From positions 62,001-126,000 of the IMG/VR virus record IMGVR_UViG_3300042484_002457: 64,000 bases of DNA, one strand, 5' to 3'. Of the stretch, positions 18,366 to 27,022 are shown piece by piece. Every line of letters starts with the position of its first letter. The stretch's first letter is position 1. Under the pieces are notes generated by a model. It saw nothing but the letters and a program-made list of their open reading frames with translations. It was not told where the DNA came from and did no database searches. The translations under genes and the position numbers were made by a program.

Positions 18366-18592
18366 ACGAACGAATTAAACAAATCACAGGACAGGTACTA
18401 GATGAAATAGTGCCCGAGACTTGGGTAGCGTTGGGCTACGACAAAATCAAAGAGATTCAAAACCGCACAGCCGAGTTGATTGTTCGGGAATGTGCCAAGT
18501 TTCTAGATGAGAATTCTGGCTATGATGAATGCAACAATTCTTGGCATCCTGAACCAGAAGATTTATTACAACATTTCGGAGTTGAACTATGA
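18362..18592 (+). CDS. HFGVEE-family microprotein 6
   Basis: MNERIK...AELIVREC...HFGVEL. Confidence 0.8.
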   Translation: MNERIKQITGQVLDEIVPETWVALGYDKIKEIQNRTAELIVRECAKFLDENSGYDECNNSWHPEPEDLLQHFGVEL

Positions 18593-18804
18593 ACCATCAT
18601 GTGACAAACACAGACAATCCCGTGGACTTTCCACCAGCACCTGGCCGTGCCACAGTGGAGGTTGAACTTGATGACCACGAGTGGTACGAACTCATGAAAC
18701 TGGCACATGAACATGACATCACCTTGAACCAGTTGGTGGAACAGATCTTGCGTGACTTTGTCCAGGAGCATCATGATGGCACGTTGCCTGAATGGACCCT
18801 ATAA
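18589..18804 (+). CDS. Ribbon-helix-helix-like protein
   Basis: Strand VEVEL, helix, then LAHEHDITLNQLVEQILRDF (Arc/CopG-like pattern). Confidence 0.5.
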   Translation: MNHHVTNTDNPVDFPPAPGRATVEVELDDHEWYELMKLAHEHDITLNQLVEQILRDFVQEHHDGTLPEWTL

Positions 18805-18867
18805 GCCTAGCAATCCACGTTCGGTACGTGGCGTAGTAATATTTGAGTTAAAGTGGGGCTAAATATC

Positions 18868-19458
18868 ATGCAGGAATCAAAAATGACCACAGAAACAGAT
18901 GTTACCACAAGCCATGGGCAAGAGCTTGCAGATGCAGGTCTCATGGTACTCATGGGTGAGGTTGAAAACGATTCTATTAAACCTGTGATTGAATGGATCC
19001 TGTATGAAAATCATGTGAGCAAGAAAAAGCGACAAGAGCTATTGCTCATGATCTGTAGTGAAGGCGGAGATTTAAGTGCCGCCTTTGCCTTGATTGACGT
19101 GATGCGTAGCAGTCGTTTGCCTGTCAAAACAGTGGGACTGGGCCAAATTGGATCTGCTGGCTTGTTGATTTTTCTTGCTGGCACACCTGGTCGACGTGTG
19201 CTAACTCCCAACACCAGTATTCTAAGTCATCAGTTCAGCTGGGGCAGTGATGGCAAAGTACATGAACTGTTTGCTACCATGAAAGAGTTTGAGCTTACAC
19301 AAAAGCGCATGGTACAGCACTACAAAGAATGTACCGGGCTTGGTGAAGAAGAAATTCGCACAGCCTTGTTGCCACCCCATGATGTGTGGCTCACAGCAGA
19401 AGAAGCTCTTGCACTAAATGTGTGCGATGTAATCAGTCCAGCAATGCGTCAGGCTTGA
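18868..19458 (+). CDS. Divergent ClpP-like protease (peptidase S14)
   Basis: CSEGG, GQIGSAG (Ser), SHQ (His), HDVWLTAEEA (Asp). Alternative start at 18883. Confidence 0.85.
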   Translation: MQESKMTTETDVTTSHGQELADAGLMVLMGEVENDSIKPVIEWILYENHVSKKKRQELLLMICSEGGDLSAAFALIDVMRSSRLPVKTVGLGQIGSAGLLIFLAGTPGRRVLTPNTSILSHQFSWGSDGKVHELFATMKEFELTQKRMVQHYKECTGLGEEEIRTALLPPHDVWLTAEEALALNVCDVISPAMRQA

Positions 19459-20093
19459 CTTACAGGTTTCCCACCAATGGTTACCTGGATCACATCATTT
19501 GGATAACGCTGAGAAACTTGCTGTTTCACCTTGTCAATTGATTGTTTAATTTTTGATTGAAGTTCGCCAGGAGCAATATGTCGTTGGTCAAACTCTATTG
19601 ACCCATGCACGCCATATTGATTGTTTGGATCAACTGATTTTATCACCACAATGTTGTTTTTATAATCCTGCATCCCAGCGTCTTCTTGAGATTGTGCTGC
19701 TTGGCTTGCTGCTTGCCCGGCAGCAGAGTTATTGTAACGCTCAACATCTTTTTTGTATTCGTCACGGATATCGTTATCAACGTTGAAACCTTGATCAGCA
19801 AGGAATGAATCCATTTCTTCTTGAACTGCATCATCAATCATCATGTACGCTTCTCTACCAGCTTCCATGCCTTTTGTTAGAAAAGCCTCGGCACACTCAT
19901 CAATTTCATAAGCATCACTTTCGTTTTGACTTGCGGAGGTTGATCCTGAAATATCAAAATTAAAATGACCTTCGGCATACAACTTTGCCATTTCTTTCAG
20001 AGCCATGCCATATGCAAACGGGCCGTTATCTTCGCTGCCACCAGGTGCGAACTCAGACAAGTAACTCTCTGTGATAATATCCTGTATTTTCAT
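19449..20093 (-). CDS. Acidic hypothetical protein, probably late/virion
   Basis: TAAATA 6 nt upstream; MKIQDIITE leader. Confidence 0.65.
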   Translation of the reverse strand: MKIQDIITESYLSEFAPGGSEDNGPFAYGMALKEMAKLYAEGHFNFDISGSTSASQNESDAYEIDECAEAFLTKGMEAGREAYMMIDDAVQEEMDSFLADQGFNVDNDIRDEYKKDVERYNNSAAGQAASQAAQSQEDAGMQDYKNNIVVIKSVDPNNQYGVHGSIEFDQRHIAPGELQSKIKQSIDKVKQQVSQRYPNDVIQVTIGGKPVSQA

Positions 20094-20098
20094 AAAAC

Positions 20099-21691
20099 TT
20101 ATTTACCTCTAAGTTCGCGACCCAATGTGGCCACATCGGTCTTGGGCGCACTAGTATTACGGGCTGCTTGAACTCCGGGTCCCTTGAGGCGGGGTTCTTG
20201 CGTCACAGCGTTTAGATCAGCGGTGCTGAGTTTTGCTTTTTCGTTGCCGCCTCCGCTTTGGCTACCAATTTCAACATTGGCTTTTTCTTTGCCAGGGCTG
20301 ATTTCTACACTGAGCTTGCCTTTCTTGGGATCAGATGCCGATCCTTTTGTTTTGAGTTTTACCTCACCTTTGAGTTTGGCGGGCCAGAATGCTTCAGTTA
20401 CTAACTTGCCATTTTTTACATTGGTATAAAGTTGCACAAAGTTATAACCAAGACTTTCGATCAATGCTTCGCGCAGGTTGGGCACAGCCGAACCTTTGTT
20501 CACAGCGTTGATAATATCAGTGGTCACAGCATACCAAGCCTTGCCACCATCACTGTTGTCTGAGTTCTCAACTTTGTCACTTAGGCGTTTGTTAAACACT
20601 TGCATGATGTTTTTTGGCACAGGTTTGTTGGTCTTAACTGTGGACTCTAAGCCGGCAATCAATTCGTTACTAAATGGCATGAGGGGTACATATTCTGCAG
20701 GAACATTGTTGGGATTGATCTCATACATAGAGTTCAGCATTTCAAATGGTTGCGCAAACGTGCTCACACTGGGGTTTTGGGCACTGTCAAGAAATTCAGC
20801 AGCTTCGGGATATTTTTTTCGCACATCTGCGGGCAGCTTGATTGATGTCAAGCTTGGTGGTGCACCTTTGCCAGCAGCCTTGCTAGAAATCTTGATACTG
20901 TGACCAGTTGCATCGTTGGTAACGCTAAAACTATCAGCTAGTGGGTTGCTAACGCTTTTAGGGAAATACATAATCATTGAACCAAGATCTGTTCCAATGA
21001 AGTTGTCAAAATCTTCTCTGTTACCTTGCTTGAATGGCACAGTTCCCGCAACCAGGCCCAACACACCCAGGTATTCAGAAGCATATAACTCAATTGCTTT
21101 GACTTCTTGTGCTGATAAGCCTGCGGGAATTTCAGGAATTTGACCTTGTGTGATTTGCTTGGCCATGGCAACAACTGCTTGACCAACTTTGCCTAATTGA
21201 GCAATTTGCGGACTATTTGCAATTGCATCATACATGTCGATTGCTGGGAAACCGCCAGCTGACAAAATATTTTCAATTGGGTTGTTCATATCAGCAATGT
21301 CGGTATCCTCTGAACCAAACACATCTGATCCTTTGATCTTGATTCCTTCTGCTTCTTTGCTGCCAAATTCTACTGTTTTTAATAATTCATTATTTTTTAT
21401 GGTGTCCCCATCAGTGGTGGTCAGCACGATAGGTTTTGTCATGCCCTGCGATAACCAAGTTTTAACATTAGGTGCTTCGGCAGGATTAATAGTCACTTCG
21501 CCACCACCGGCTTTTTCAGTTGCAGTGAACGGGCTTGAATTAATGACCTTCCAAAGAAAAAGTTCTTGTCTAGTCATTAATTGCCCTGTTGTGGGATTTT
21601 TGACCGCAGACATTTTTTTTGCAGGTATTTCGGCAGCGCCTAATGCAGCTTCTGCTAGTACGTTATCGAGTAAATTGAGTAGGTCTCTCAT
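20099..21691 (-). CDS. Hypothetical late protein with possible PD-(D/E)xK-like core
   Basis: MRDLLNLLDNVLAE leader; E...NPLAD...IKISSK. Confidence 0.55.
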   Translation of the reverse strand: MRDLLNLLDNVLAEAALGAAEIPAKKMSAVKNPTTGQLMTRQELFLWKVINSSPFTATEKAGGGEVTINPAEAPNVKTWLSQGMTKPIVLTTTDGDTIKNNELLKTVEFGSKEAEGIKIKGSDVFGSEDTDIADMNNPIENILSAGGFPAIDMYDAIANSPQIAQLGKVGQAVVAMAKQITQGQIPEIPAGLSAQEVKAIELYASEYLGVLGLVAGTVPFKQGNREDFDNFIGTDLGSMIMYFPKSVSNPLADSFSVTNDATGHSIKISSKAAGKGAPPSLTSIKLPADVRKKYPEAAEFLDSAQNPSVSTFAQPFEMLNSMYEINPNNVPAEYVPLMPFSNELIAGLESTVKTNKPVPKNIMQVFNKRLSDKVENSDNSDGGKAWYAVTTDIINAVNKGSAVPNLREALIESLGYNFVQLYTNVKNGKLVTEAFWPAKLKGEVKLKTKGSASDPKKGKLSVEISPGKEKANVEIGSQSGGGNEKAKLSTADLNAVTQEPRLKGPGVQAARNTSAPKTDVATLGRELRGK

Positions 21692-21752
21692 TGTGTTTCC
21701 ATGAAAATTATAGTATACTTATCCTAGTGCATTACTTAATACAGGAGAATTT

Positions 21753-22346
21753 ATGCCCAGTTTGATCCCCATGGTTGTTGAACAAACCTCAAAAGGCGAG
21801 CGCAGTTACGATATCTACAGTCGCTTGCTGAAAGATCGTGTGATCATGCTAGACACAGACGTTAACGAGCACACAGCCAGTTTGTTGGTTGCTCAGTTGT
21901 TGTTTCTTGAAAGCGAAAATCCTGACAAGGACATCAGTTTGTATATCAACAGCCCGGGTGGCAGTGTAACAGCAGGTATGGCCATTTATGATACCATGCA
22001 GTTTATCAAATGCGATGTGCAAACCATTGTGATGGGGCAAGCTGCCAGCATGGGTAGTCTGCTAAGTACAGCAGGAGCCCCAGGCAAACGCATGATGCTG
22101 CCCAATGCACGTCACATGATTCATCAACCATCAGGTGGCGCACGTGGCATGCAAAGTGACATTGAAATCAGCTACAACGAAATCACTTACTTGAAACGTC
22201 GACTAACTGAAATTTACGTCCGGCACAACACTGCTGGCAAAACCTATGATGACTTTGTGCGGGACATGGACCGTGACAAATTCATGAGCGCAGAACAAGC
22301 ACTTGAATACGGCTTGATTGATAAAATTATTGACCAACGTGGCTAA
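21753..22346 (+). CDS. clpP: ATP-dependent Clp protease proteolytic subunit
   Basis: [46 protein letters not shown]. Confidence 0.96.
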   Translation: MPSLIPMVVEQTSKGERSYDIYSRLLKDRVIMLDTDVNEHTASLLVAQLLFLESENPDKDISLYINSPGGSVTAGMAIYDTMQFIKCDVQTIVMGQAASMGSLLSTAGAPGKRMMLPNARHMIHQPSGGARGMQSDIEISYNEITYLKRRLTEIYVRHNTAGKTYDDFVRDMDRDKFMSAEQALEYGLIDKIIDQRG

Positions 22347-23628
22347 TTCTGAGATCTTCTGTAACACACCGTGGTACGAGCTACACATCTATTGGGATGG
22401 CAGCTTGGGTATCTGCTGCCAGGAAGATCACAAACTCTACGCTGGCACAGACTACAACATTGCCACCATGACCATTGCTGAGTGGTTCAACTCTGCTCCA
22501 GTGCAGCAATTTAGGCAAGCAATATTGGGCAATACTCCAGTGAGTGCATGCAGAAGATGTTATGTTGAAGAATCTCATGCCGGAAAAAGTCGCCGCTTGA
22601 AAAGCAATCAAAAAAGTGTGATTTTCATCCAGGCATTTCAAGAAAGCTTTGAACAAAGCCCATGGCGAAAGCACTTTGATTCGTCGGGACTGACTGCCAC
22701 ACAGCCTATTGACATACACGTGGACCTGGGCAACTACTGCAACTTGGCCTGCAAAATGTGCAACGCTCGGGCCAGTTCGCAAATTGCTGCCCAGGAAGTC
22801 AAGTGGGGTATTGAATCTAGTAGACCTTACCTGGGGCAAGACTGGACCAAAAATGCTGATACTTGGGCCAGCTTCAAGCAGCAATTGTTAAATATACCGG
22901 GCCTGAACAATATTCACTTCATGGGCGGTGAAACATTGTTGACTGATCGGTTTGAAGACTTGGTAGACTGCATGATTGAACATGGTCGGTTTGATCTGTG
23001 TTTTAGTTTTGTCACCAACGGCACAATTTTTCAACCTAAACTGATGGCCAAGCTGTCAAAGTTTCGTCGTGTGGGCATTGAAGTTAGCATAGAGACTGTG
23101 AGCGAACACAATGCCTATCAGCGACAGGGCACAGACACTGCCCAGGTGCTGGCCAACATTGAAAAATATCAAGAGTGGGACAACGGCTCCAACATCACCA
23201 TTACTCTTCGTCCAGCAATCAGTGCACTAACAATTGGTCACTATCACACTCTACTGGCGTATGCATTGGCCAATAAATTCATAATCAAAAGTTTGTTGGT
23301 AAACCGACCTGAATATCTAGATGTAAAGATTCTACCTGAATCAGCAAAAAGCACATATATTCAATACTATGAAAATATTTTGCAAGAACTTGAATATGTG
23401 TCAGTTAAACTAGACTATAACGAAAGTGATCCAAATAACTTTCGAGAAATAATAAAGCAACAAGCTCGGATGTGTATAAACATGCTGGGTCAAAACCAAC
23501 CAGGCAACATTGACCAGTTACAGAAACAGTTTGTTGAACATTGCAAAAAGTGGGATCAGGTCTACGGATACAATGCTGTAAAGCTTTATCCTGAACTTGC
23601 TGAGGTATTTGATCGATATGGCTACTAA
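22339..23628 (+). CDS. Radical SAM protein with N-terminal SPASM/twitch-like domain
   Basis: CNLACKMC and GGE; N-terminal C.PW...CC...CRRC. Confidence 0.88.
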   Translation: MANSEIFCNTPWYELHIYWDGSLGICCQEDHKLYAGTDYNIATMTIAEWFNSAPVQQFRQAILGNTPVSACRRCYVEESHAGKSRRLKSNQKSVIFIQAFQESFEQSPWRKHFDSSGLTATQPIDIHVDLGNYCNLACKMCNARASSQIAAQEVKWGIESSRPYLGQDWTKNADTWASFKQQLLNIPGLNNIHFMGGETLLTDRFEDLVDCMIEHGRFDLCFSFVTNGTIFQPKLMAKLSKFRRVGIEVSIETVSEHNAYQRQGTDTAQVLANIEKYQEWDNGSNITITLRPAISALTIGHYHTLLAYALANKFIIKSLLVNRPEYLDVKILPESAKSTYIQYYENILQELEYVSVKLDYNESDPNNFREIIKQQARMCINMLGQNQPGNIDQLQKQFVEHCKKWDQVYGYNAVKLYPELAEVFDRYGY

Positions 23629-24034
23629 AGTAAGTCTTTCAGTTACTTTGACACCGGTTGATCGGCCCTGGGTTCGAATATCTGTTGGTGACTACAAAAA
23701 ACACATCAACCTAACTGATACAACCCGGTTTGATATTGACTTTGAAACTGAATCCTTGGCTCAAGTACTGTTGATTGAACATGTTGAAAAACACCATAAT
23801 GATCCCACAACCGCAGTGATTGTGGACAGTATTGGATTTTTTGCAATAACAGATCCCAAGTTTGTTTGGGCTGGGGTATACTATCCTGAGTATCCTGGCC
23901 ATTATCCTGATAAAACGTCGCCGCTGCTGGGACACAATTATCTCAGTTGGAACGGCACTTACCGGTTAGACTTTGATGTTCCAGTGTTTACTTGGATGCA
24001 CAAAATACTAGATTTTGGTCGGATTTATCAGTAG
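23618..24034 (+). CDS. Hypothetical protein
   Basis: Overlaps the radical SAM stop. Confidence 0.65.
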   Translation: MATKVSLSVTLTPVDRPWVRISVGDYKKHINLTDTTRFDIDFETESLAQVLLIEHVEKHHNDPTTAVIVDSIGFFAITDPKFVWAGVYYPEYPGHYPDKTSPLLGHNYLSWNGTYRLDFDVPVFTWMHKILDFGRIYQ

Positions 24035-24117
24035 TGGTTTCGGGTAAACCTGGTGCTCTTGCGATACTGATACAGTATCTCAGCCCAGCTCACCAAAAAG
24101 TCATACATAGTTTTCAT
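24028..24117 (-). CDS. 29-aa peptide MKTMYDFLVSWAEILYQYRK... (not in ORF track)
   Basis: ATGA-coupled to 24114..24284. Confidence 0.4.
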   Translation of the reverse strand: MKTMYDFLVSWAEILYQYRKSTRFTRNHY

Positions 24118-24284
24118 AAAAAACCTTGTGTTTGTTTGCGATAAAACTCGCGTTCGTAGTGCTCAACATCACCCACGTTGGATGGTTTACGACTTGTGAT
24201 ATACTGTTCCAAACAACGTTGATAGTCTTGTTTTGGGAACATTTCGGCTAGCTTTTCAAGCATTCTTTCAATTTTTGCTGTCAT
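24114..24284 (-). CDS. 56-aa DUF3563-like protein (not in ORF track)
   Basis: AAGGA RBS; TAAATA at 24301-24306; LEQYITSRKPSNVGDVEHYEREF. Confidence 0.5.
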   Translation of the reverse strand: MTAKIERMLEKLAEMFPKQDYQRCLEQYITSRKPSNVGDVEHYEREFYRKQTQGFL

Positions 24285-24316
24285 GATATTTCCTTCTCAG
24301 TATTTACCATGAGTCG

Positions 24317-24333
24317 TTATTGCAGTGCAGCAA
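24317..24333 (-). promoter_or_regulatory. PhaR-like box TTGCTGCACTGCAATAA
   Basis: TGC-N3-GCA palindrome directly upstream of the late promoter. Confidence 0.45.
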
Positions 24334-24382
24334 ATACTTGATTTTCTTGACAATCCCAGTTGTTTGCGTGTATAATATCAGT

Positions 24383-24829
24383 ATGCGTTTATTTTTAGAT
24401 ACCGAATTCAACGGCTTCGGCGGCCGACTTATATCCATGGCCCTGGTGCCCGAAAACTCCAAAACTCGGGAGTTTTATAAAGAAATTGAAATTCGAGACC
24501 AGTTAGAACCCTGGGTGCGAGATAATGTGGTTCCGCATTTGATTTTGATTCCCTGTTCGCATTGGGATTTTCAACAGGCTCTAGCACAGTACTTGTGGGA
24601 AGTAGGTGAATGTACCATTGTAGCAGACTGGCCTGATGATATCCGGTACTTTTGCGAGTCGTTAATTACTGGCCCAGGCATGATGATCAATATGTTACAC
24701 AATATTAAATTTGAACTGGATTGCAGTATCGAATACCAATCAGTAGTACCGCATAATGCTTTGCATGACGCCAGGGCCATACGCGACTGGTACCTACAGC
24801 GTGAACAGCGCCTGGCTCAACAAAAGTAG
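24383..24829 (+). CDS. DEDDh 3'-5' exoribonuclease (Rv2179c-like)
   Basis: FLDTEF...HNALHDA; promoter TTGACA...TATAAT upstream. Confidence 0.8.
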   Translation: MRLFLDTEFNGFGGRLISMALVPENSKTREFYKEIEIRDQLEPWVRDNVVPHLILIPCSHWDFQQALAQYLWEVGECTIVADWPDDIRYFCESLITGPGMMINMLHNIKFELDCSIEYQSVVPHNALHDARAIRDWYLQREQRLAQQK

Positions 24830-24908
24830 TACTCAAGTACTACAAAATTTCTGGTTGACCAAAATTGCCCAATTTGCTATAATATACACATAGCAAAGCA
24901 AAAAGGAG
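24826..24908 (+). promoter_or_regulatory. Palindrome + promoter + RBS cassette
   Basis: GTAGTACTCAAGTACTAC (contains the upstream TAG); TTGACC 24855; TATAAT 24878. Confidence 0.88.
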
Positions 24909-24914
24909 CCTGAA

Positions 24915-25202
24915 ATGACCAAGCAAGATCACACAGTGTACATCTACAAAACAGATCGTCGCACCAAGAGTGGTGAGCGTCTTGTCAGCACCACTGTTTG
25001 GCGCAACCGTGATGCAGCAGAAATGAAACGTGAAGTGCGTGAACTGCAATACGAACTTTGGCCTGTGAGCCGAGGCTTCCGTATTGAGTTCTTTCCCACA
25101 ATGGTCACTGTCAAAAACTTGATAACTGGCCAGGACATTGAAATTGACCGTGACACTCCCTGGTCGTGCAACCCTGCGTCAGAATCTTATTGGTCGAGGT
25201 AA
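24915..25202 (+). CDS. Hypothetical protein
   Basis: Bracketed by two cassettes; VKNL.TG..IEI..DTPW.C.PASE.YW. Confidence 0.75.
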   Translation: MTKQDHTVYIYKTDRRTKSGERLVSTTVWRNRDAAEMKREVRELQYELWPVSRGFRIEFFPTMVTVKNLITGQDIEIDRDTPWSCNPASESYWSR

Positions 25203-25280
25203 CACTTGAGTATTACAAATTTTGGTTGACCAGAATTTCCCAATTTGCTATAATATAGACATACAGTAACAAAACAGGAG
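25199..25280 (+). promoter_or_regulatory. Palindrome + promoter + RBS cassette
   Basis: GTAACACTTGAGTATTAC (contains the upstream TAA); TTGACC 25226; TATAAT 25249. Confidence 0.88.
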
Positions 25281-25286
25281 TCAACT

Positions 25287-25538
25287 ATGAAAGTTCAGCG
25301 TTTCAAACAAGCCCAGCGTTTTCGTGTTATTGTTGGTCCCGCATGTTTTTATGCCACCGCAAAGCAAATTCGCAATGGGGTTGGTGACTTTGTAAACTGC
25401 AATGCCGCAACCCAAAAGGCCCTGGAGACACTGGAATTTCAACGTAGCGGCGGCTATAAGAATGCTGGGGTGCTGGAGTTTTCAACCGGGCTTGCAGGTA
25501 CCTGGGAAGGTTTGCAAGTTCAACTCAACGTGGCTTAA
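25287..25538 (+). CDS. Hypothetical protein
   Basis: Cassette RBS. Confidence 0.7.
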   Translation: MKVQRFKQAQRFRVIVGPACFYATAKQIRNGVGDFVNCNAATQKALETLEFQRSGGYKNAGVLEFSTGLAGTWEGLQVQLNVA

Positions 25539-25548
25539 GGAGTAAATT

Positions 25549-25863
25549 ATGCCCTGCATGAGTTATGATGATCGTCCTGACTACAGTGAACGAGATTGGA
25601 AAAACAAAACAGACCGCCTGGCCCGTATTGCCTGCAAGGCACTGCAAGCCCTTGAAGACGCAGGCAAGGAAGATTTTCTTTTGCTCCAAGACGATGAAGT
25701 GCGTGAATGGTGGGCCGCACATAAAGAAGCAGATCGCAAAGCTCAAGCGGCCAAGGCAGAAAAAGCCCGTGTGGCACAAATTCGCCGAGCTGCCTTGGCC
25801 AAACTCAGTGATGAAGAGCGCCGAGCGCTGGGCATCAAACAAATAAAGAGCACAAATGTTTGA
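25549..25863 (+). CDS. Hypothetical protein
   Basis: TAAGGAG RBS; WW..HK.AD...ALAKLS.EER.ALG. Confidence 0.75.
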   Translation: MPCMSYDDRPDYSERDWKNKTDRLARIACKALQALEDAGKEDFLLLQDDEVREWWAAHKEADRKAQAAKAEKARVAQIRRAALAKLSDEERRALGIKQIKSTNV

Positions 25864-26119
25864 GTGGGTCAAAGAAATATACACCAAAGGCACAGTAAAG
25901 CTGAAGTTCATTGCCTACGATGACGCCAAACAGGGCGATGAAATTGAGCCTTACGAAGACGTGGCCACAATCCCATACGAAGGCAAATACCAAGAGTTTG
26001 TGATCAAAAGCAAGCTCAGGAATTTTATTCGTGCTACTCGGGATCACTTGGTTGTGGAAATGACCGTGATTGAACACGTTGAGAATGGCAAGGTGATTTA
26101 TGAAGCTGATCAAAACTGA
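25856..26119 (+). CDS. Hypothetical protein, paralog of 17357..17587
   Basis: Shared motif. Confidence 0.7.
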   Translation: MFEWVKEIYTKGTVKLKFIAYDDAKQGDEIEPYEDVATIPYEGKYQEFVIKSKLRNFIRATRDHLVVEMTVIEHVENGKVIYEADQN

Positions 26120-26128
26120 TAGCCAAAA

Positions 26129-26212
26129 GTAATACTTTATAGTACTACTTTTTCTGGTTGACCAAAATTTCCCAATTTGCTATAATATACACATAGCAAA
26201 GCAAAACAGGAG
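26129..26212 (+). promoter_or_regulatory. Palindrome + promoter + RBS cassette
   Basis: GTAATACTTTATAGTACTAC; TTGACC 26158; TATAAT 26181. Confidence 0.88.
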
Positions 26213-26218
26213 TCGAAG

Positions 26219-26629
26219 ATGGCATATGTGAGTCAAGAAATGAAAGCAAAGTTGGCCCCTACTATCCGGGCAATTTGCAAAAAGTACGGCGTCAAAGGCA
26301 GCATTGCAGTGCGCCACCACTCAACTCTGGTCTTGAACATCCGCCAAGGCAACATTGACTTCATTGGCAACTTTAACCGAACTGTGTCTGAACGCCCAGG
26401 TGGCTTCCGCAATGGTAATCCTGCCAAGGACCACATTGACGTGAACACTTCTTGGTACCAAGAACACTTTGATGGTCGTGCTCGAGCATTCCTGGCTGAA
26501 GTGATCCCTGCAATGGAAGGTCCGGACTACTTTGACCACAGCGATATCCAAAGCGACTACTTCCATCGCTCACACTACATCGACATCAACATTGGCTCAT
26601 GGAACAAGCCCTACGCCCTGGAGAAATAA
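26219..26629 (+). CDS. Hypothetical protein, possibly LPD29-like
   Basis: C-terminal D.SDIQSDYF motif. Confidence 0.55.
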   Translation: MAYVSQEMKAKLAPTIRAICKKYGVKGSIAVRHHSTLVLNIRQGNIDFIGNFNRTVSERPGGFRNGNPAKDHIDVNTSWYQEHFDGRARAFLAEVIPAMEGPDYFDHSDIQSDYFHRSHYIDINIGSWNKPYALEK

Positions 26630-26630
26630 A

Positions 26631-26738
26631 ATGAAATTGTACTCTGTGCGCTGGACTCAAACTTATACTGGTTGGGCTGAGCCCGAACTGGATCTAGCTC
26701 AGGCTCAAGAACTGTTAGCAAGGATCATGGCAAAATGA
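26631..26738 (+). CDS. 35-aa hypothetical protein
   Basis: GGAGA RBS; ATGA-coupled downstream. Confidence 0.5.
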   Translation: MKLYSVRWTQTYTGWAEPELDLAQAQELLARIMAK

Positions 26739-27022
26739 ACAGCAACCTAGTTCACTGTTATATTACCGGATTCAAGTTTAAAAACATATTCGGCGGAGAG
26801 ACCGACGACTTTTCCCGCAGTATTACACATATGACTTATCTGGATCCGGTAACTGCACGAAAGTTTCCAATGATTAGAAATATGTGGAGCCTGCGCGACC
26901 ACGCACACTCATATGGATACTTTGATACTCTTGAAGAAGCGCAAGCAGAAGCACAGCGTATTTGGCCCGGCTGCGGATTTAAGACTCCGGCAGAGTTTAG
27001 AGCAGAGGAGTGTGAATCGTGA
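26735..27022 (+). CDS. Hypothetical protein
   Basis: Coupled ORF. Confidence 0.6.
   Translation: MNSNLVHCYITGFKFKNIFGGETDDFSRSITHMTYLDPVTARKFPMIRNMWSLRDHAHSYGYFDTLEEAQAEAQRIWPGCGFKTPAEFRAEECES

Larger units (their letters stand above)
15814..18594 (+). repeat. Seven copies of the AACATTTCGGAGTTGA junction repeat, usually continuing (A/G)GAATGA
   Basis: Copies start at 15814, 16050, 17123, 17338, 17904, 18343 and 18570. Confidence 0.92.

Noticed and set aside
15814-18594. Junction repeats as a CRISPR array
   Set aside because: Spacing is about 215-1070 bp and irregular, intervening DNA is coding, and no cas genes are present.
18815-18831. Small hairpin ccacgt-tcggt-acgtgg
   Set aside because: Six-bp stem, single copy, no T-tract; too weak to call.
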